DNA from: Chiloscyllium plagiosum
Lineage: Eukaryota
DNA: 64,000 bases
Assembly (NCBI RefSeq): GCF_004010195.1
Contig: NC_057750.1
Location: forward strand, 18,861,860 to 18,925,859
Reading direction: 5' to 3'
Position 1 is the stretch's first letter; each line of letters starts with the position of its first letter. Positions 1 to 12,389 of the stretch are shown here, piece by piece. Position numbers and translations under genes: made by a program. Below the pieces are notes generated by a model. It was not told the origin of the DNA, made no database searches, and saw only the letters and a program-made list of their open reading frames with translations.

Positions 1-1282
1 GAAGTAGACATTTCAGGAGTGATGTCAAAACTCTCACTGCCTGCAACGACAATGCTAACTAATAGTCAGTTAGAAGTTTAGAAACAATGATCTCAGCTGG
101 AGGCTGCTGAACAAAATTAGGAAAGGGACCAGTAAACCAATCTAATTGATTGATGGAGCAATCCTAAATAATTGTACAGAGGCCCATGATTCAATATTAT
201 GATTGAATCATGTTCAAGCCACTTTATTTTGGGTTCATATCGCGACATGTGCTGACCATTTGAGAATAGAAATGTTGGCTCAACATCAAAACCAAACTAT
301 TTTGCTCTTTTGGATTGTTCTAATTTTTCTGCAAGTTGCTCTTTTTTGCAATCGTTTGTTCTATCTGTTGTGGTTCTGTTCACCGAGCTGGGAATTCTAT
401 CTGTGTTCGGTATTTTCATATATTTTACACAATGGATCAAAACCAACTTGACTCCATTTTCAAGTTCAGAGTACACGTATCGTGAACCCACTCATATATA
501 ATTCTGTTCCCTTCCTCCACATGACTTTATTGAATTTCTTCCTCCCCATCTATTCAATGCATTGATGCTGTTCTCCTCAGCTGTGTGATAGCCTGTTACT
601 GCTGTGAAGATGTGGGTGGTACTATAACTTTAAGAGAGTTAAAAGCTAGCAGAACTACCTGACAGTACCAAGTGTTCTGAATAAGCTATAATGTAACATG
701 TGGTCCAGCTACTGGCATGGGACAGGTAGCTGGTTGCTTGGAGACAAAAACAGATCCAAAGTAGGCCAATCAGTTTAAATTACAACCACCAAAATCATCA
801 AACACCAATCAAGTTTGCATTTAGCATATCGAAAATCTTGAAAGCCAATGACACAATCCAATGCTTTGGGAGAATAAGACTGGGGAAAATTGAACAGTTT
901 GGAGGAGAACTGCCACGCCACCAGCATGTCGGGACTACCCAGAGAATAACTCTCTTAAAGGTACTTTTATCGATCAGTAACCTGTGAAGCAGAATTCCCT
1001 AAGAAGAAAAGAAGGTTTGACATCTGGGTGGTTTTGAATTTGATTTTTTTTTCAATAAATCTTTATCGGGAAGATTTTCTCGGACTTGTATTGTAGAAGG
1101 GAAAGGTAAAAGATAGTCGAGAGGAAGGAGTTGTAAATAGTTTGTAAGTTAATTATTCTTTGTTATACTTTAAGAAATAAAGTTGTTACTTTAACTTTAA
1201 GCAACCAGCTACCTGAGCCATGCTCTTGGCCTCTCAAATTTTCACTGATTACCGCATGGGATAAATCTTTTCTTAAGAATTA

Positions 1283-1587
1283 GAATCCCTGCAGTATGGA
1301 AACAGGCCCTTCGGCCCAGCAAGTCCACACCGACCCTCCAAAGAGTAACACAGCAAGACCCATTCCCTACCATATATTTAACCCTGATTAACCCTAACCT
1401 ACCCATCCATGACGACTGTGGACAACTTAACGTGGCTAATTCACTTAACATCATTGTGACTGTGGGAGGAAGCCCACTCAGTCACGGGGAGAATGTGCAA
1501 GTCACTGCACAGTCACTCAAGGCTGGAATCAAACCAAAGTCCCTGGCGCTTTGAGGCAGCAGTACTAACCACTGAGCCCCCATACCA
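1283..1587 (-). mobile_element. HE1-like SINE within an LTR-like sequence (~603-1644)
   Basis: Reverse A/B boxes and V-core. Confidence 0.8.
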
Positions 1588-2702
1588 GTCTTTTTTATGT
1601 TGCTGGTTTAAATTAAGCAGGAACGTTTACCCCGTGTTGTAACAGATATACATTCTAATCACTCTCTGAGTGAAGACTCTTTACCTGAATTTCCCTTTTG
1701 GAATTAGCACTAATATTTAAAATATTCAAATACCACGAAAAGCTTGTATTTGTGATCCTGTAGTCCTCATCTCCCGAATCAATAATCATGTCTTCTTATA
1801 ATTAATATTTTCATAATTTCGAAGACTTAAATATTCATAGAACCATATAGTACAGCAGAAGTTCTTTGGTCCATTGAGTCTGTACCACCAAAACTACACT
1901 ATTCTGCTTAACAGCACTATGCCTATACCCTTGAGTATTATGAGATTTCAAGTGCTCGTCAGGATTGTTTTAAGGTTGTGTGGCTACTCGCTTCAACTCA
2001 CCTCCCAGACAATGTATTCAGTTCCCTACTACCCTCTCGGTGGTTGTCTTTCAAGTGCCCTATAAAGTTCAAGCCTCTCACCTTAAAAGTGTGTCCTTTG
2101 TATCAATTCTCCGTATTTGTCCCAAGCATTGATTTGCAGACGAGAAGCCAGACTCGAGCAGTCGTCTCTCACAATCCTCAAGGAGGAATGGAACTGAAGA
2201 GCACCTTGCTAGGCACCAGCGATTTTTAAATGTCCTTGTACAGGCAAGATCCGATCAGTTCTGCACTCAATCTTTTTACTTGTTCTCATTACAAAAACAA
2301 AATTGGGTCTTTCATGATAAGTGTAACATCTTAGTGTTGACAATCGCTGGCTACTTTTCCCTTTCACCTTCTCCAGTGCTCATCAATGAATTGCATGACG
2401 CTACGGCGGCCTCTGCTGACCATTTTGTGAATGCAAACGTCGACCAAAACCCTACGTTTTGTTCCCTTTCGATTTGTTCTTATCTATCTATTAATTGCTT
2501 TTGTGATTCTATCGTTTTTCTTTCTGTGTTTTGGTATATTAATGTTTTACACAGAGTTAAATTCGTCAACTGTTCAAAATCACCCTGGTCTGCTGATTCA
2601 ATTTTCAAGTATAAGGTGCATTTATCATAACCGCGCCAATATGTCATTCTATTCCTTGCAGAATAATTCTTATTGCGAGAAAGTTGTTCTTATACAAGAT
2701 AA

Positions 2703-2911
2703 GAGCTGAAAAATGTGTTGCTGGAAAAGCGCAGCAGGTCAGGCAGCATCCAAGGAGCAGGAGAATCGACGTTTCGGGCATAAGCCCTTCTTCAGGAATT
2801 CATATGCCCAAAACGTCGACTCACCTCCTTGGATGCTGCCTGATCTGCTGCGCTTTTCCAGCAACACATTTTCAGCTCTGATCTCCAGCATCTGCAGTCC
2901 TCACTTTCTCA
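2703..2911. mobile_element. Palindromic Penelope-derived mini-element, 13-bp TSD
   Basis: TSD TTATACAAGATAA at 2690-2702 and 2912-2924; inverted arms; hammerhead-like CTGAAGAAGGGCTTATGCCCGAAACGTC on the minus strand. Confidence 0.85.
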
Positions 2912-2984
2912 TTATACAAGATAATACAGTTGGCCTAGCCCATGCACAGTTTTGTTCAGATCTATTATTTTCTGCAGCCTTTGG

Positions 2985-3023
2985 GGTTTTTGTTGAGCTG
3001 CTTCCTCTTTCCGAATCACTGTG
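2985..3023 (-). other. 23-bp-spacer recombination signal sequence of V1 (canonical)
   Basis: CACAGTG (3023-3017), 23 nt, ACAAAAACC (2993-2985). Confidence 0.95.
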
Positions 3024-3480
3024 AATAGTCCAGGCACAGTAATATACGGCCGATTGATTCACCCACAGGCGGGAGGTCTTCAAGTAGAACTCGGAGATAG
3101 TCGGTCGCTTGGCGGTGAAACCGTCAACCTCTCACTCCGTATTCACAGAACCACTTAGCATGGAGTAAAACATCATTTTGTAGCCCTCTCCCGGGGAGCT
3201 GTCTGTACCAGTACATGCCAGGATTGATGATACCCCCCCCCCCCCCCCCAACACAGTGCACTTCAGTTCCACTCTTTCCCGAAGATTGTTGGAGATGGCT
3301 GCACAGAGAGGAAACTGGTCAATTTGATCATTCGGATCACCGAGAAAAAGGGAGTGATGGAGATAGAAATAATTAAAGAAGCATGAAAAGAAATGGTAAG
3401 AAGTGATGAAAAACAGTAATTGTCTTTTTAAAAACGTGCTTACTGTGAAGGATGTTCAGTAGACCTAGTAACAGATACAT
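3024..3480 (-). pseudogene. TRBV: TCR beta V pseudogene (V1), TRBV30-like
   Basis: Leader exon 3480-3444 (MYLLLGLLNILH/GTAAGC). V exon ends ...DGFTAKRPTISEFYLKTSRLWVNQSAVYYCAWTI. Lesions: acceptor CAG>CGG near 3341, G17 run in CDR1 (3233-3249), +1 frameshift after WYRQLPGRGLQ, in-frame TGA before EVDGF. Confidence 0.88.
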
Positions 3481-4179
3481 CTTTTTATTTGCAATTTCCT
3501 TTTAGTAAGTGAAGTGTTCGAGGAGTGCTTAACCTTCTGATGAGCCAACCTGCTGTTCTTAAATCAAATAGCAAAAGCCCACGATTTTAAGAGTATGGAC
3601 ACGCCCCTAGTCGTCCTACCCTATCAGAATATATGCACATATTAAGCTGCATTCCTGTTTGGCTATTGTTAAGGAAAACTCGAATAACCATATCTGGATT
3701 CCCAATTACACTGAGAATTCCTGAGAAGTCTTATCTGGATGATTTCCCAAAGTTTTGTGTGAAAGCTTCGCAGAACTGAAAGGATCTTATCCTGATCCAG
3801 TCTAAGAAATGCGAATGGTTTGACTGCATCCTCCTCTCACCCTGTTCTGTTTAACGTACCTCAGTGGGCAAACTTTCCTCCTCTCTTCCTGACGAAGAGC
3901 CATCTGGACTCGAAACGTTAGCGCTCTCTCCACTGATGCTGTCTGGCCCGCTGTGATTTCCAGTATTTTTTGTCTTCAGAACATAAGTCCACATGCTGTT
4001 ATTTTCATCTCCTTCTATTTTCTATTCTCTCCTTCATTGCTTTGCTGTTTTGCCGATTATTTCTATCCTTCCTTCTTGCTTAATCAATTTCTTTCGTGCA
4101 TCGATCACGAACGCACAATTATTTTGTAGGTTCTCTAACTTTGCCACTCCATACCTAAGTCTCCCAATTCACTCCGTTG

Positions 4180-6420
4180 GCCACGCCAGCATTTATTGCC
4201 CATCCCTAATTAATCCATAGCATGTGCCAGCCGTTTTTGCACCGAAGTGGAGATATTGCCCACGGTGCTAGAAAACAAAATTTGCGTAATTTAGACCAAG
4301 TGCCTGCAAATACCCGTGACATATTTCCAAGTCAGGATGGTGCATGACGTGGATAGGCATTTGCAGCTGGTAATGTTTCAAAGCATCAGTTGTCCTTCTA
4401 GATGGCAGTAGTTGTGTGTTTGCTTTGGTGAATTATAACTTTGCATCTTTTGGATGGTGCTCACTGCCAGTTGGTGAAAAAGGGAGTGAATGTGAAAGGT
4501 TGTAGGCATCAAATGGGATGGTGTCGACCTTCTTGAGCATTGTTAGAATGCACCCATCCTAGCAAGTGGGGTGTATTCCATCACATCCCTAACTCGTGCC
4601 TTATACATGGATGGGGGGGGGGGGGGCTCTGGGGAAACATGAAGTGAATTGTTCTCAGCAAACTTCCACACCTCTAACCTACTGTTGATACCACATAATT
4701 TATATGAATAATCTAATTTAATTTCTCGCCAGTTAAGGCCTGTTGTTAGTGGCTGATTCAGAGATGGTAATGTCTTTGAGCATTAGCTGGATTCTCTGTT
4801 GTTTGAGGTGATTATTATCTGGTATTTGTGTGATGGGAATGTTAATTGCCACTTTCTGCATATAGATAATAACTGCTTCGATTTCTGAGGAGTCGTGAAA
4901 CTGCTGAAGAATGTGTAATCATCACCGAACGACATACCTGAAGTTGGAGGGAAGGTTGTTGATGAAGAAGTTGAATATGGTAGGGCTCAGGATATGACAC
5001 TGAGTAACTCCTGTAGAGAAGTCCTGCGGTTGAAATGATTGGCCTCCAACTACAACCACAATCTTCTTTTGTGCCAGCTATGACGGCCACCAGTGGAGAG
5101 TTTCGTTTTGGTACACATTAATTATAATTTTTCTCGAGGTTAATTAGTGTCACACTCAGTCAAAGCCTTGATGTCAAGGCAGTTGCTCTTACTTCACCTT
5201 TGGAATTCATCTCTATTTGCCATGTTTAAACTAAAGTTGTAGTGAGTTCAGGATCTGAGTGTCTCTGGTGGAATTCGAGGTGGATGTTAGTATGCAGGTT
5301 ATTTCCAAACGAGCGTTGCTTATGATCACATCCAACACTTTACTGATGATTGAGTGTAGACTGATAGGGCAGTAGTTGGCTGTGTTGGAATTTTCCTGTT
5401 CTGTGCATACAGGATAGCTTTCTACATTGTCAGGTAAATGCCAGTGCTGCAGCTGTACAGATACAACTTGGTCTAGGAGTGCAGCTAGTTCAGGAACACA
5501 CGCCGTCACTGTTATTGCCAAAGTGTTGTCAGAACAATTTACTTTCAAGTATTGAGGTTCTTTTTAGCATCCAGGTCCTCCAGTTATTTTTTGTAATTGC
5601 GTGGTGTGAATAGAATTGGTTGAAGCCTGGCATTTGTAACTAGTCTCATCAATAGGTCAAGAAGGATCATCTTATCTTTTGCACTGATGGCATTATCATC
5701 ACAAAAATCCCCATCCCTTTTTATTGAAGGTGGGGATAGTTGCCAAGCCTCATCCAATGAGTTGTTAAGTTTTCCATCACGATTCAATACTAGATACAAC
5801 AGTATCTCAGAGCTTAGATTGGTTGTGGAATTGCTTAGCTCTGTTAATCACTTCCTGTTTATGCTGCTTGATATGTAAGTAGTCCTGCATTGTTAGTTGA
5901 CCCGATTGCTCAAAGGTGCGCCTGGCATGCTCTCCTGTACCCTTCATTCAGTCAGGATTGATGCCCTGTCTTCATGGAAAAGGTAGAATGGGAGATACAC
6001 TCGGTCCTGAGTTTGCAGATCATGCTTGAGTTCAATTCTACTAATGCTGCCTGACTACAGAAAGTCTGGAATACTCGGTTTTGAATTTCAAGATCTATTT
6101 TATTTCAGAAGTTCACAGTGCCACACCCATAATGGAAAGTATCTCAATATGAAGGCACAACTTCATCTCCACTAGAACTATTGGAGGCCAATGTTGCAAA
6201 CATTATCATGGACTGATGCATCTGAAGGAATGACATTCATTAGAACGTCAAGTAAATTTCTTTTTTACCTCATGTTGGTTGGCTCACAACCTACCACAGA
6301 CCATTCTAGCAGCCTTTCTGACTTGATCAGTTCATTCAGCAGTGTTGATGCTCCGTGGCATTTTGTGACCCCACCAAAAGACAACCTGTGAAACCGGTAT
6401 CCTCAATCCTTGTTGAACAT
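4180..6420 (-). mobile_element. Old degenerate non-LTR retrotransposon (CR1/L2-like RT)
   Basis: ACVPELAA.., ANYCPISLHSIISKVL and GEVRATALDIKA motifs with many disruptions. Confidence 0.7.
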
Positions 6421-6660
6421 TGAGCAATCACCAAATGCATATAGAGATTCACGGAACAGATCAGGTATGCACTACAGCTATGTTCCCAAAAGAGAATTTG
6501 TGACCCACTCAATTAGTTAGTAAGGAAGTCAAATGAAATGTTGGTCTTCATTTAAAAGGGAATGGAGAATGATGAATGGAGGTATTGTTAAAATTATACA
6601 AGGCACTTGTCATCTACTCTGTGAAGAATTTGAGTCCTTTTTCTAAGGAAAGACAAACTG

Positions 6661-6835
6661 ACCTCCAAGACTTCCGTTTCCCCGGCCCCCAACGCCTCAT
6701 CTTCACCATGGATATCCAATCCCTCTACACCTCCATCCGCCATGACCAGGGACTCCAAGCCCTCCGTTTTTTCCTCTCCAGACGTTCCCAACAATACCCC
6801 TCCACCGACACTCTCATTCGTTTGGCCGAACTGGT
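6661..6835 (+). mobile_element. Isolated internal Penelope reverse-transcriptase fragment
   Basis: Uninterrupted DLQDFRFPGPQRLIFTMDIQSLYTSIRHDQGLQALRFFL...TLIRLAELV (PLE RT motif A D-x-x-SLYT) inside a CR1 relic. Confidence 0.75.
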
Positions 6836-7291
6836 GAGATACACCACATTTCATTGTGGGGATCAATGATTATGAGAGAAGGCGGGACAGTGGGCTTTAG
6901 GTTTATCAAATAAGCCGTTATCTTATTGAATGGTGGAGAAGATTGGATGAACTGAATGATTACGTCTGATCCGAGATCTTCTGGTCTTAGAGAAATGAGA
7001 CAAAAATGCGTAATGGCTTTGTATATGTTCAATTCAACTTGTTTTAAATACAAATTCTAATGCAGCGATCCCCTCAAAATTCCACTAAGCCCATGCCTTC
7101 CTTTTCCACCTTTATAATTTCTGGTTCTGAGTTTATGTGCAGCTGAGCCTTTACCCGACGCAATCCATTCCCTTATTTCTTCTCTCAGCATTCCCTGTGA
7201 ACAGATAGTCATATATGGTATTTTAATTCAGTAGATGTTTCTGTCACCTTTGAGGTTGTTGTTGAACTGCTCACATCTGTCTGTTACTGTG

Positions 7292-7584
7292 AACACTCAA
7301 GACACAATAATTCATGGCTAAATGTTTCACCTGTAGGTTGGCGGTCTTCAACTAGAACTTTGAGCCTATTGGTCCTTTAGCAGTGAAACCATCCACTGAT
7401 TCCCTGGATTCACGTGATATGCAGCACCAGAGTGAAGCATGATGTGCAGCTCTATTCTTGGAGATTGTCCATACAATTGCACACCAAAAGTATCACTCCT
7501 TTCAACAGTGCACTGCAGTCCACTCTGTACTCAGGACATTTGGAGATGGCAAAGGCAAACTGGTGGGGACTGTGACCTCATAGC
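7292..7584 (-). pseudogene. TRBV: Degenerate TCR beta V relic (V2)
   Basis: Acceptor followed by MRSQ-like start, LQCTVE, VDGFTAKGP, and HLAMNYCVLSV end, with stops and frameshifts. Followed by degenerate RSS CACAGTA-22-ACAACAACC (7291-7254). Leader exon not found. Confidence 0.75.
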
Positions 7585-8479
7585 TAAAGAAACGGCAGGG
7601 AAAGGAAGATGTGCGAAAATGGGGACATAACTAACTGTGGAGAAAGAAGAAAGGAAGGACAGAAAACAAAATATATTAAGAGAAATAGAAAGCGGACAAA
7701 AACTGAGCGGGAGGAAGGAATCCTGTGTAAACGAATGTTAGGAGTCGAACAGAGAATTTGAGAATTTAGGATTACTTTATTGTCACACTAACTAAAACGA
7801 GTACAGTGAAGAGTTTACAAGTCACCGCTTACAGCGCCATCTTAGTTACCAAGGCTCTTTGGTGCAGATTCTGAAGTACGCATTCTGAGGGGAAAATAAA
7901 GAAGCAAACAGTCCAGCAATATATTTGTAAAATAGAGAAATGCGAGCTCAGAATAAGAACCGTCTTTTGAATAAATAAGCTTGCGGTGAAACATGATGGA
8001 CACAGCTCTTACTGCACAGCAAATCATTACTGTTGGTAAAATAAACAGAAAAGATACGAACCTCCTACCTCTTCTTTTTGATCGGCAGTCCAGTTCCTCC
8101 CCACGGATGATAGCCGTGCCCCGCTCCATTACCCGCACCGTCCGTCACTGACTGAATATCAGGAGCAAAGACAATTGCAGAGATTGCTATTGAGTCTCTA
8201 TATACACTGGAGATGCTTCTGATTGCAACTATATCACATGGTCGCCTCCGGGAGTGTTTAGTATAATTTCACGCCCACCACCAACATCACCATCAGCATC
8301 GCACCTCCACTGCCGCACTCCCACCCCCACAACCAACCACCCATTACAGATCGTTCTTTTTGATCTTTAAAAGAGACTGGGCTTTTTTTATCATCATTCA
8401 CAACAATTTTTAAAACAAGACATTTGATTCGTGCTGCGAATCATTAAACAGCTTCGTTTTAAAAGATTTATTTTAAGGA

Positions 8480-9910
8480 TAATGGGGAGAAGAAGATTCG
8501 TCAGTTATAACAGGTATCGTGACATGTCCGTTTGGATTCAGATTTGGCTTACCCGTAAAAGATAGAAATTAATGGGCGGGTCGGTGTGGACTTGTTGGGC
8601 CGAAGGGCCTGTTTCCACACTGTAATGTAATCTAATCTAATGTAATCTAATCTAACCTAATGGTGGAGAGGTGGGTTTTTTTCTGGCTGGAGGTCTGTGA
8701 CCTGTGGTGCTCCGCAGGGCTGGGGCTTATGCTGTTTATGATTTGTGTGAATGACTTGGATAAAAACATGGACGAGTGGGTTAGTTAGTTTGAAAACGAC
8801 ACTAAGATCGCAGAAGTTGTGGGTAGATTCGATTAGATTACATTACATTACATTACAGTGTGGAAACAGGCTCTTCGGCCCAACAAGTCCACACCGACCC
8901 GCCGAAGGGCAACCCACCCATACCCCTACATTTACCCCTTACCTAACACTACGGGCAATTTAGCATGGCCAATTCACCTGACCTGCACCTCTTTGGACTG
9001 TGGGAGGAAACCGGAGCACCCGAAGGAAACCCACGCAGACACGGGGAGAAAGTGCAAACTCCACACAGTCAGTCGCCTGAGGTAGTGTAGAAGTTTGTCA
9101 AGGGATACAACGGAATTTGGGTTAGTTGCAGATATAGGCGGAGTAATAGCAGATGGAGTTTGATCCGTGTAAGTGTGCACTTCAGGACATCAAGTATTAA
9201 GGGGAATGATACAGTTAATGACAGGGCCCTTAACAGTATTGATTTATAGAGGACATAGGGGTCCTAACTATAACTGTCTCTGAAAGTGGCCACACAAGTA
9301 GAATGGCAAAGCAAGTATATGACATGCTTACCTGTTTTGGTCGGTGAATTGAGCACTAAAGTCAGGAAGTCATGTTATAGCTGTATAAAACTTTATGTAT
9401 TGTCTTCCATTCTGGTGGCCACGTTACAGGAAGGATGGAGTCTTTGGAGAGAGTGCGGAAAGAGGTTTACCAGGATTCTGCCTGGATTGGAGGCTATGAC
9501 CCAAAACGAGAGGCTGGATAAACTAAGGTTATTTTCTCTGGAACGGTGGATGCTGAGAAGTGACCTAATAGAAGCTTACAAAATTATGAGATGCATGGAC
9601 AGGGGGTGACAGAATCTTTGTTCTCCGGAGTTGAAATCTCTAATACCAGAGGGCACGCAGTTAAAGCGAGAGGGGGAAAGTTCAAAGGAGACGTGGGAGC
9701 CAAGTTTTTTTTTACAGAAAGATTGATAGGTACATGGAACGCGCTGCCAGGGGTAGCGATAAGTGCATCGAATGGACTTTTAGATAAGCACATGCGTAAA
9801 CAAGGAATAATTTGATATGGGCCACGGGCAGGCAGAAGGGATTAGTTTGATTTGGCACAACATCGTGGGCCGAACGGCTTGTTCCAGTACTGTACTGTTC
9901 TATGTTTTGT
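8480..9910 (+). mobile_element. CR1 LINE 3' portion with nested SINEs
   Basis: RFTRILPGLE..ERLDKLRLFSLERWMLRSDLIEAYKI; CR1 3'UTR; paralogous copy at 39300-40405. Confidence 0.8.
8825..9082 (-). mobile_element. HE1-like SINE (5'-truncated)
   Basis: V-core and (TGTAA)n tail in reverse. Confidence 0.85.
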
Positions 9911-10765
9911 GCACCAGAGGGAAATGAGGAATCAAGGAGCTGAGAGGTGGGATGCGGGCGGCTGAGAGGATAGGGAGCTGTGTCTGGAACTTGGGGGAAC
10001 AATCACCAACTCTAAACCAGGCTCATTGAGGTATTACTGGAGGCGCATGTCGGAGTGTGGTGGTGCTGCTTGCAGGTTTCAACAATCAACGTTGAATTAG
10101 TAGATTTTTGCTGTACTCGTACATCCAGATACAGCGTCAAAAGGCGAATAAGTGAAGCTAAGAAAACAATAATTTATGATGACCCCCTGGTCGAAAGGAA
10201 TGACTGAACAGTATCAAGGCCCTTCTCAGACGTTAACGGCTGAATAGTTTGCTCGTAATCCTGTGTAATAGCCGCAACGATAGCTTCAATGGAGTGTGAA
10301 ATAAATGCTGGCCTGGCCAGAATCGCCCACGTCGCAAGTACGCATAAAATAAATCTTGTTTCTCCTGGCAACCTTCAATGGCTTCTTCCAGCTCCTAATC
10401 AACAAATTCAAGGGAAGTAATCGGCTTTCTTTCTCTCCTTATCTTATCACTTGACTGGGATTTACTCTATCTGTGTTACACTTTCACGATGTGCTCTGCA
10501 CTGGTCTTTTCTGTGTTCCTCCACCGCCACCTGCTGTTCTTCTGCGGAATGACACGTTGTCGCCGGAAAAAAATCTAAACATGTTTATGGGAACCAAAAC
10601 TCTCAAATTCAGCCGAATCTTTACTAATCATCTCTACTGTTATTCGCTCACCATTTATTGTCATCGCGTTTTCTTTTTTTGTCAAAATGTAATCTAATGC
10701 GCGGAAGAGAAACCGAAAGCAACACTGTCCGTTTTAGCGTTCACGGTTTTTCGAGCAACTTTTGG

Positions 10766-10804
10766 GGTTTTTGTTGAGCTGCTCCCTCTTTCTGAGTCAC
10801 TGTG
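10766..10804 (-). other. 23-RSS of V3 (canonical)
   Basis: CACAGTG (10804-10798), 23 nt, ACAAAAACC (10774-10766). Confidence 0.95.
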
Positions 10805-11336
10805 AATACTCCAGGCACAGTAATACACGGCCGACTGATTCGCCCATAAGCTCGTGGTCTCCAGAATGAACTCAAGATCACTCGGTCGCCTGGCGGTGAA
10901 CCCGTCCACCGACCCCTGTGGATCTACTGCTCTGGTGGTAATAGAGTAAAACATCAGCTGCAGCCCCTTCCCAGGAGCTTGTCTGTACCAGGACATTCTG
11001 GGGGTACTTGCTCCTTCCACATGACACTGCAGCTTCACTCCCTGCTCCGCAAACTGGGAGACGGCAGCGGGCGTCTGTCGGATAGTCTGCGACTTCACAC
11101 CTGAGGAAAAGGCAGGGAAAGTCAAAGGTCAGAAAATGGGACACAATGACATCGAGAGAAGGAAGAAAGAAAGGACATAAACAGAAATAAATCGATACAT
11201 AAAGAAATAAAAAAAACAGAGTGCAGAAAGAAGGAAAGATTGCAAATAGAAAGGAGAGTTCACTATTCAATTAGAATTGTTATGTGGAAAGTCGTTTACG
11301 GTGCAATATGATGAACAGGGCCAGCAACAGACGCAT
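10805..11336 (-). CDS. TRBV: TCR beta V gene segment (V3), TRBV30-like, apparently functional
   Basis: Leader 11336-11300 (MRLLLALFIILH, GTAAAC donor). V exon 11100-10805 is open: SQTIRQTPAAVSQ...LQC...WYRQAPGKGLQLMFYS...YYCAWSI, with Ig V-set Cys/Trp/Cys. Canonical 23-RSS. Confidence 0.93.
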
Positions 11337-11379
11337 CTTCCACAACAAGGTTCCTGTATAAACAAACTTATTGGTGAGA

Positions 11380-11490
11380 CAGCATTGAAATACAGTGCTC
11401 CACCTCTCACTCTGTGATTGGCAGTCCAGCGACTCCCAATTATCTTTCCCATTATCAGCTCCGCCCCTAAATCTCCGATTGGATTATTGG
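11380..11490 (-). promoter_or_regulatory. Putative V-gene promoter (AT-rich GCACTGTATTTCAA, CCAAT, GATA + GC box)
   Basis: The same motif order recurs upstream of V6 (23210-23340), V7 and V11. Confidence 0.5.
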
Positions 11491-11833
11491 GGGAAACAAG
11501 GCTTTTTAAAAATTCGTGTTTGGAATGTGGGCGGCGCTGGCGACGGCTGCATTCATTGGCCATCCTTAATTACAGAGAGGACAGTGTTTCAATCATATTG
11601 TTCTGATGCAGCGTCATCTCGAGTCGAGACATTAGCTTGCTCTCTCTTTATAGATGCTGCCTGACCCGCTGTGATCTCCATCAATTTTTTTTTTGTTTCT
11701 GGAGTCACATGTAGGCCAGACCAGCTGATGACGCAGATTTTCTTTCTGCCCGAAGGGACTTCATTAGAGTAGAATTTATTTTGAGACAATCGACACTGGT
11801 GCCGCGAGACTTGCTTTTTATTCCAATTTTTTG

Positions 11834-12133
11834 GGGGGCGGCACCGTGGCTCAGTGGTTAGCACTGTTGCTTCACAGCGCAAGCGACCCGGGTTCAATTC
11901 CCGCCTCGGGCAACTGTCTGCGTGGAGTTTGCACGTTCGCCCCGTGTCTGCATGGGGTACCTCCGGGTGCTCCGGTTTCCTCCCACAGTCCAAAGATTTG
12001 CAGGTTATGTGAACTGGTCATGCTAAATTGCCCGGTGCATTAGTCAGGGGTAAATGGAACAGAATAGGTCTGGGGGAGTTGCTCTTCGGAGGGTCGGTGT
12101 GGACTGTTTCTACTCTGTAGGGAATCTATCTAT
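11834..12133 (+). mobile_element. tRNA-derived V-SINE (HE1-like)
   Basis: A-box TGGCTCAGTGG, B-box GGTTCAATTCC, V-core GGAGTTTGCAC..CCGGTTTCCTCCCAC. Confidence 0.88.
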
Positions 12134-12389
12134 TTTCATTCATTTAAAAATTCCCCATCGAAATCCCAGCATATTAACTTGAGTTGTGGACTACTTGCGA
12201 CATTACCGCCTCCAGCAAACATCGGAAGGCAGATGATAAATCAGCTGAGGGGGCAAAGCGCTAGTTCATTGCAAAAACCTCGATGATCATCTGATTGTAC
12301 CCTTCGGATGCGGTGTGCATGTCTCCACGATCCTACAAGCTGTCTCTCACTCAACTCCCGGGCTGGGAGCGAGTCCTTCATACCGACCT

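Noticed and set aside
603-1644. Solo LTR (TG...CA, AATAAA) containing a SINE
   Set aside because: Plausible, but I could not find a TSD or a second copy, so it is not listed as a confident feature.
10694-10804. C-terminal extensions HSDSERGSSSTKTPK after CAWS in several ORFs, resembling a conserved protein tail
   Set aside because: These are read-through translations of the RSS (CACAGTG-spacer-ACAAAAACC), not coding sequence.
11834-11905. tRNA-like A/B-box sequences
   Set aside because: They are heads of V-SINE/HE1-type SINEs, followed by the V-core and LINE-like tail.
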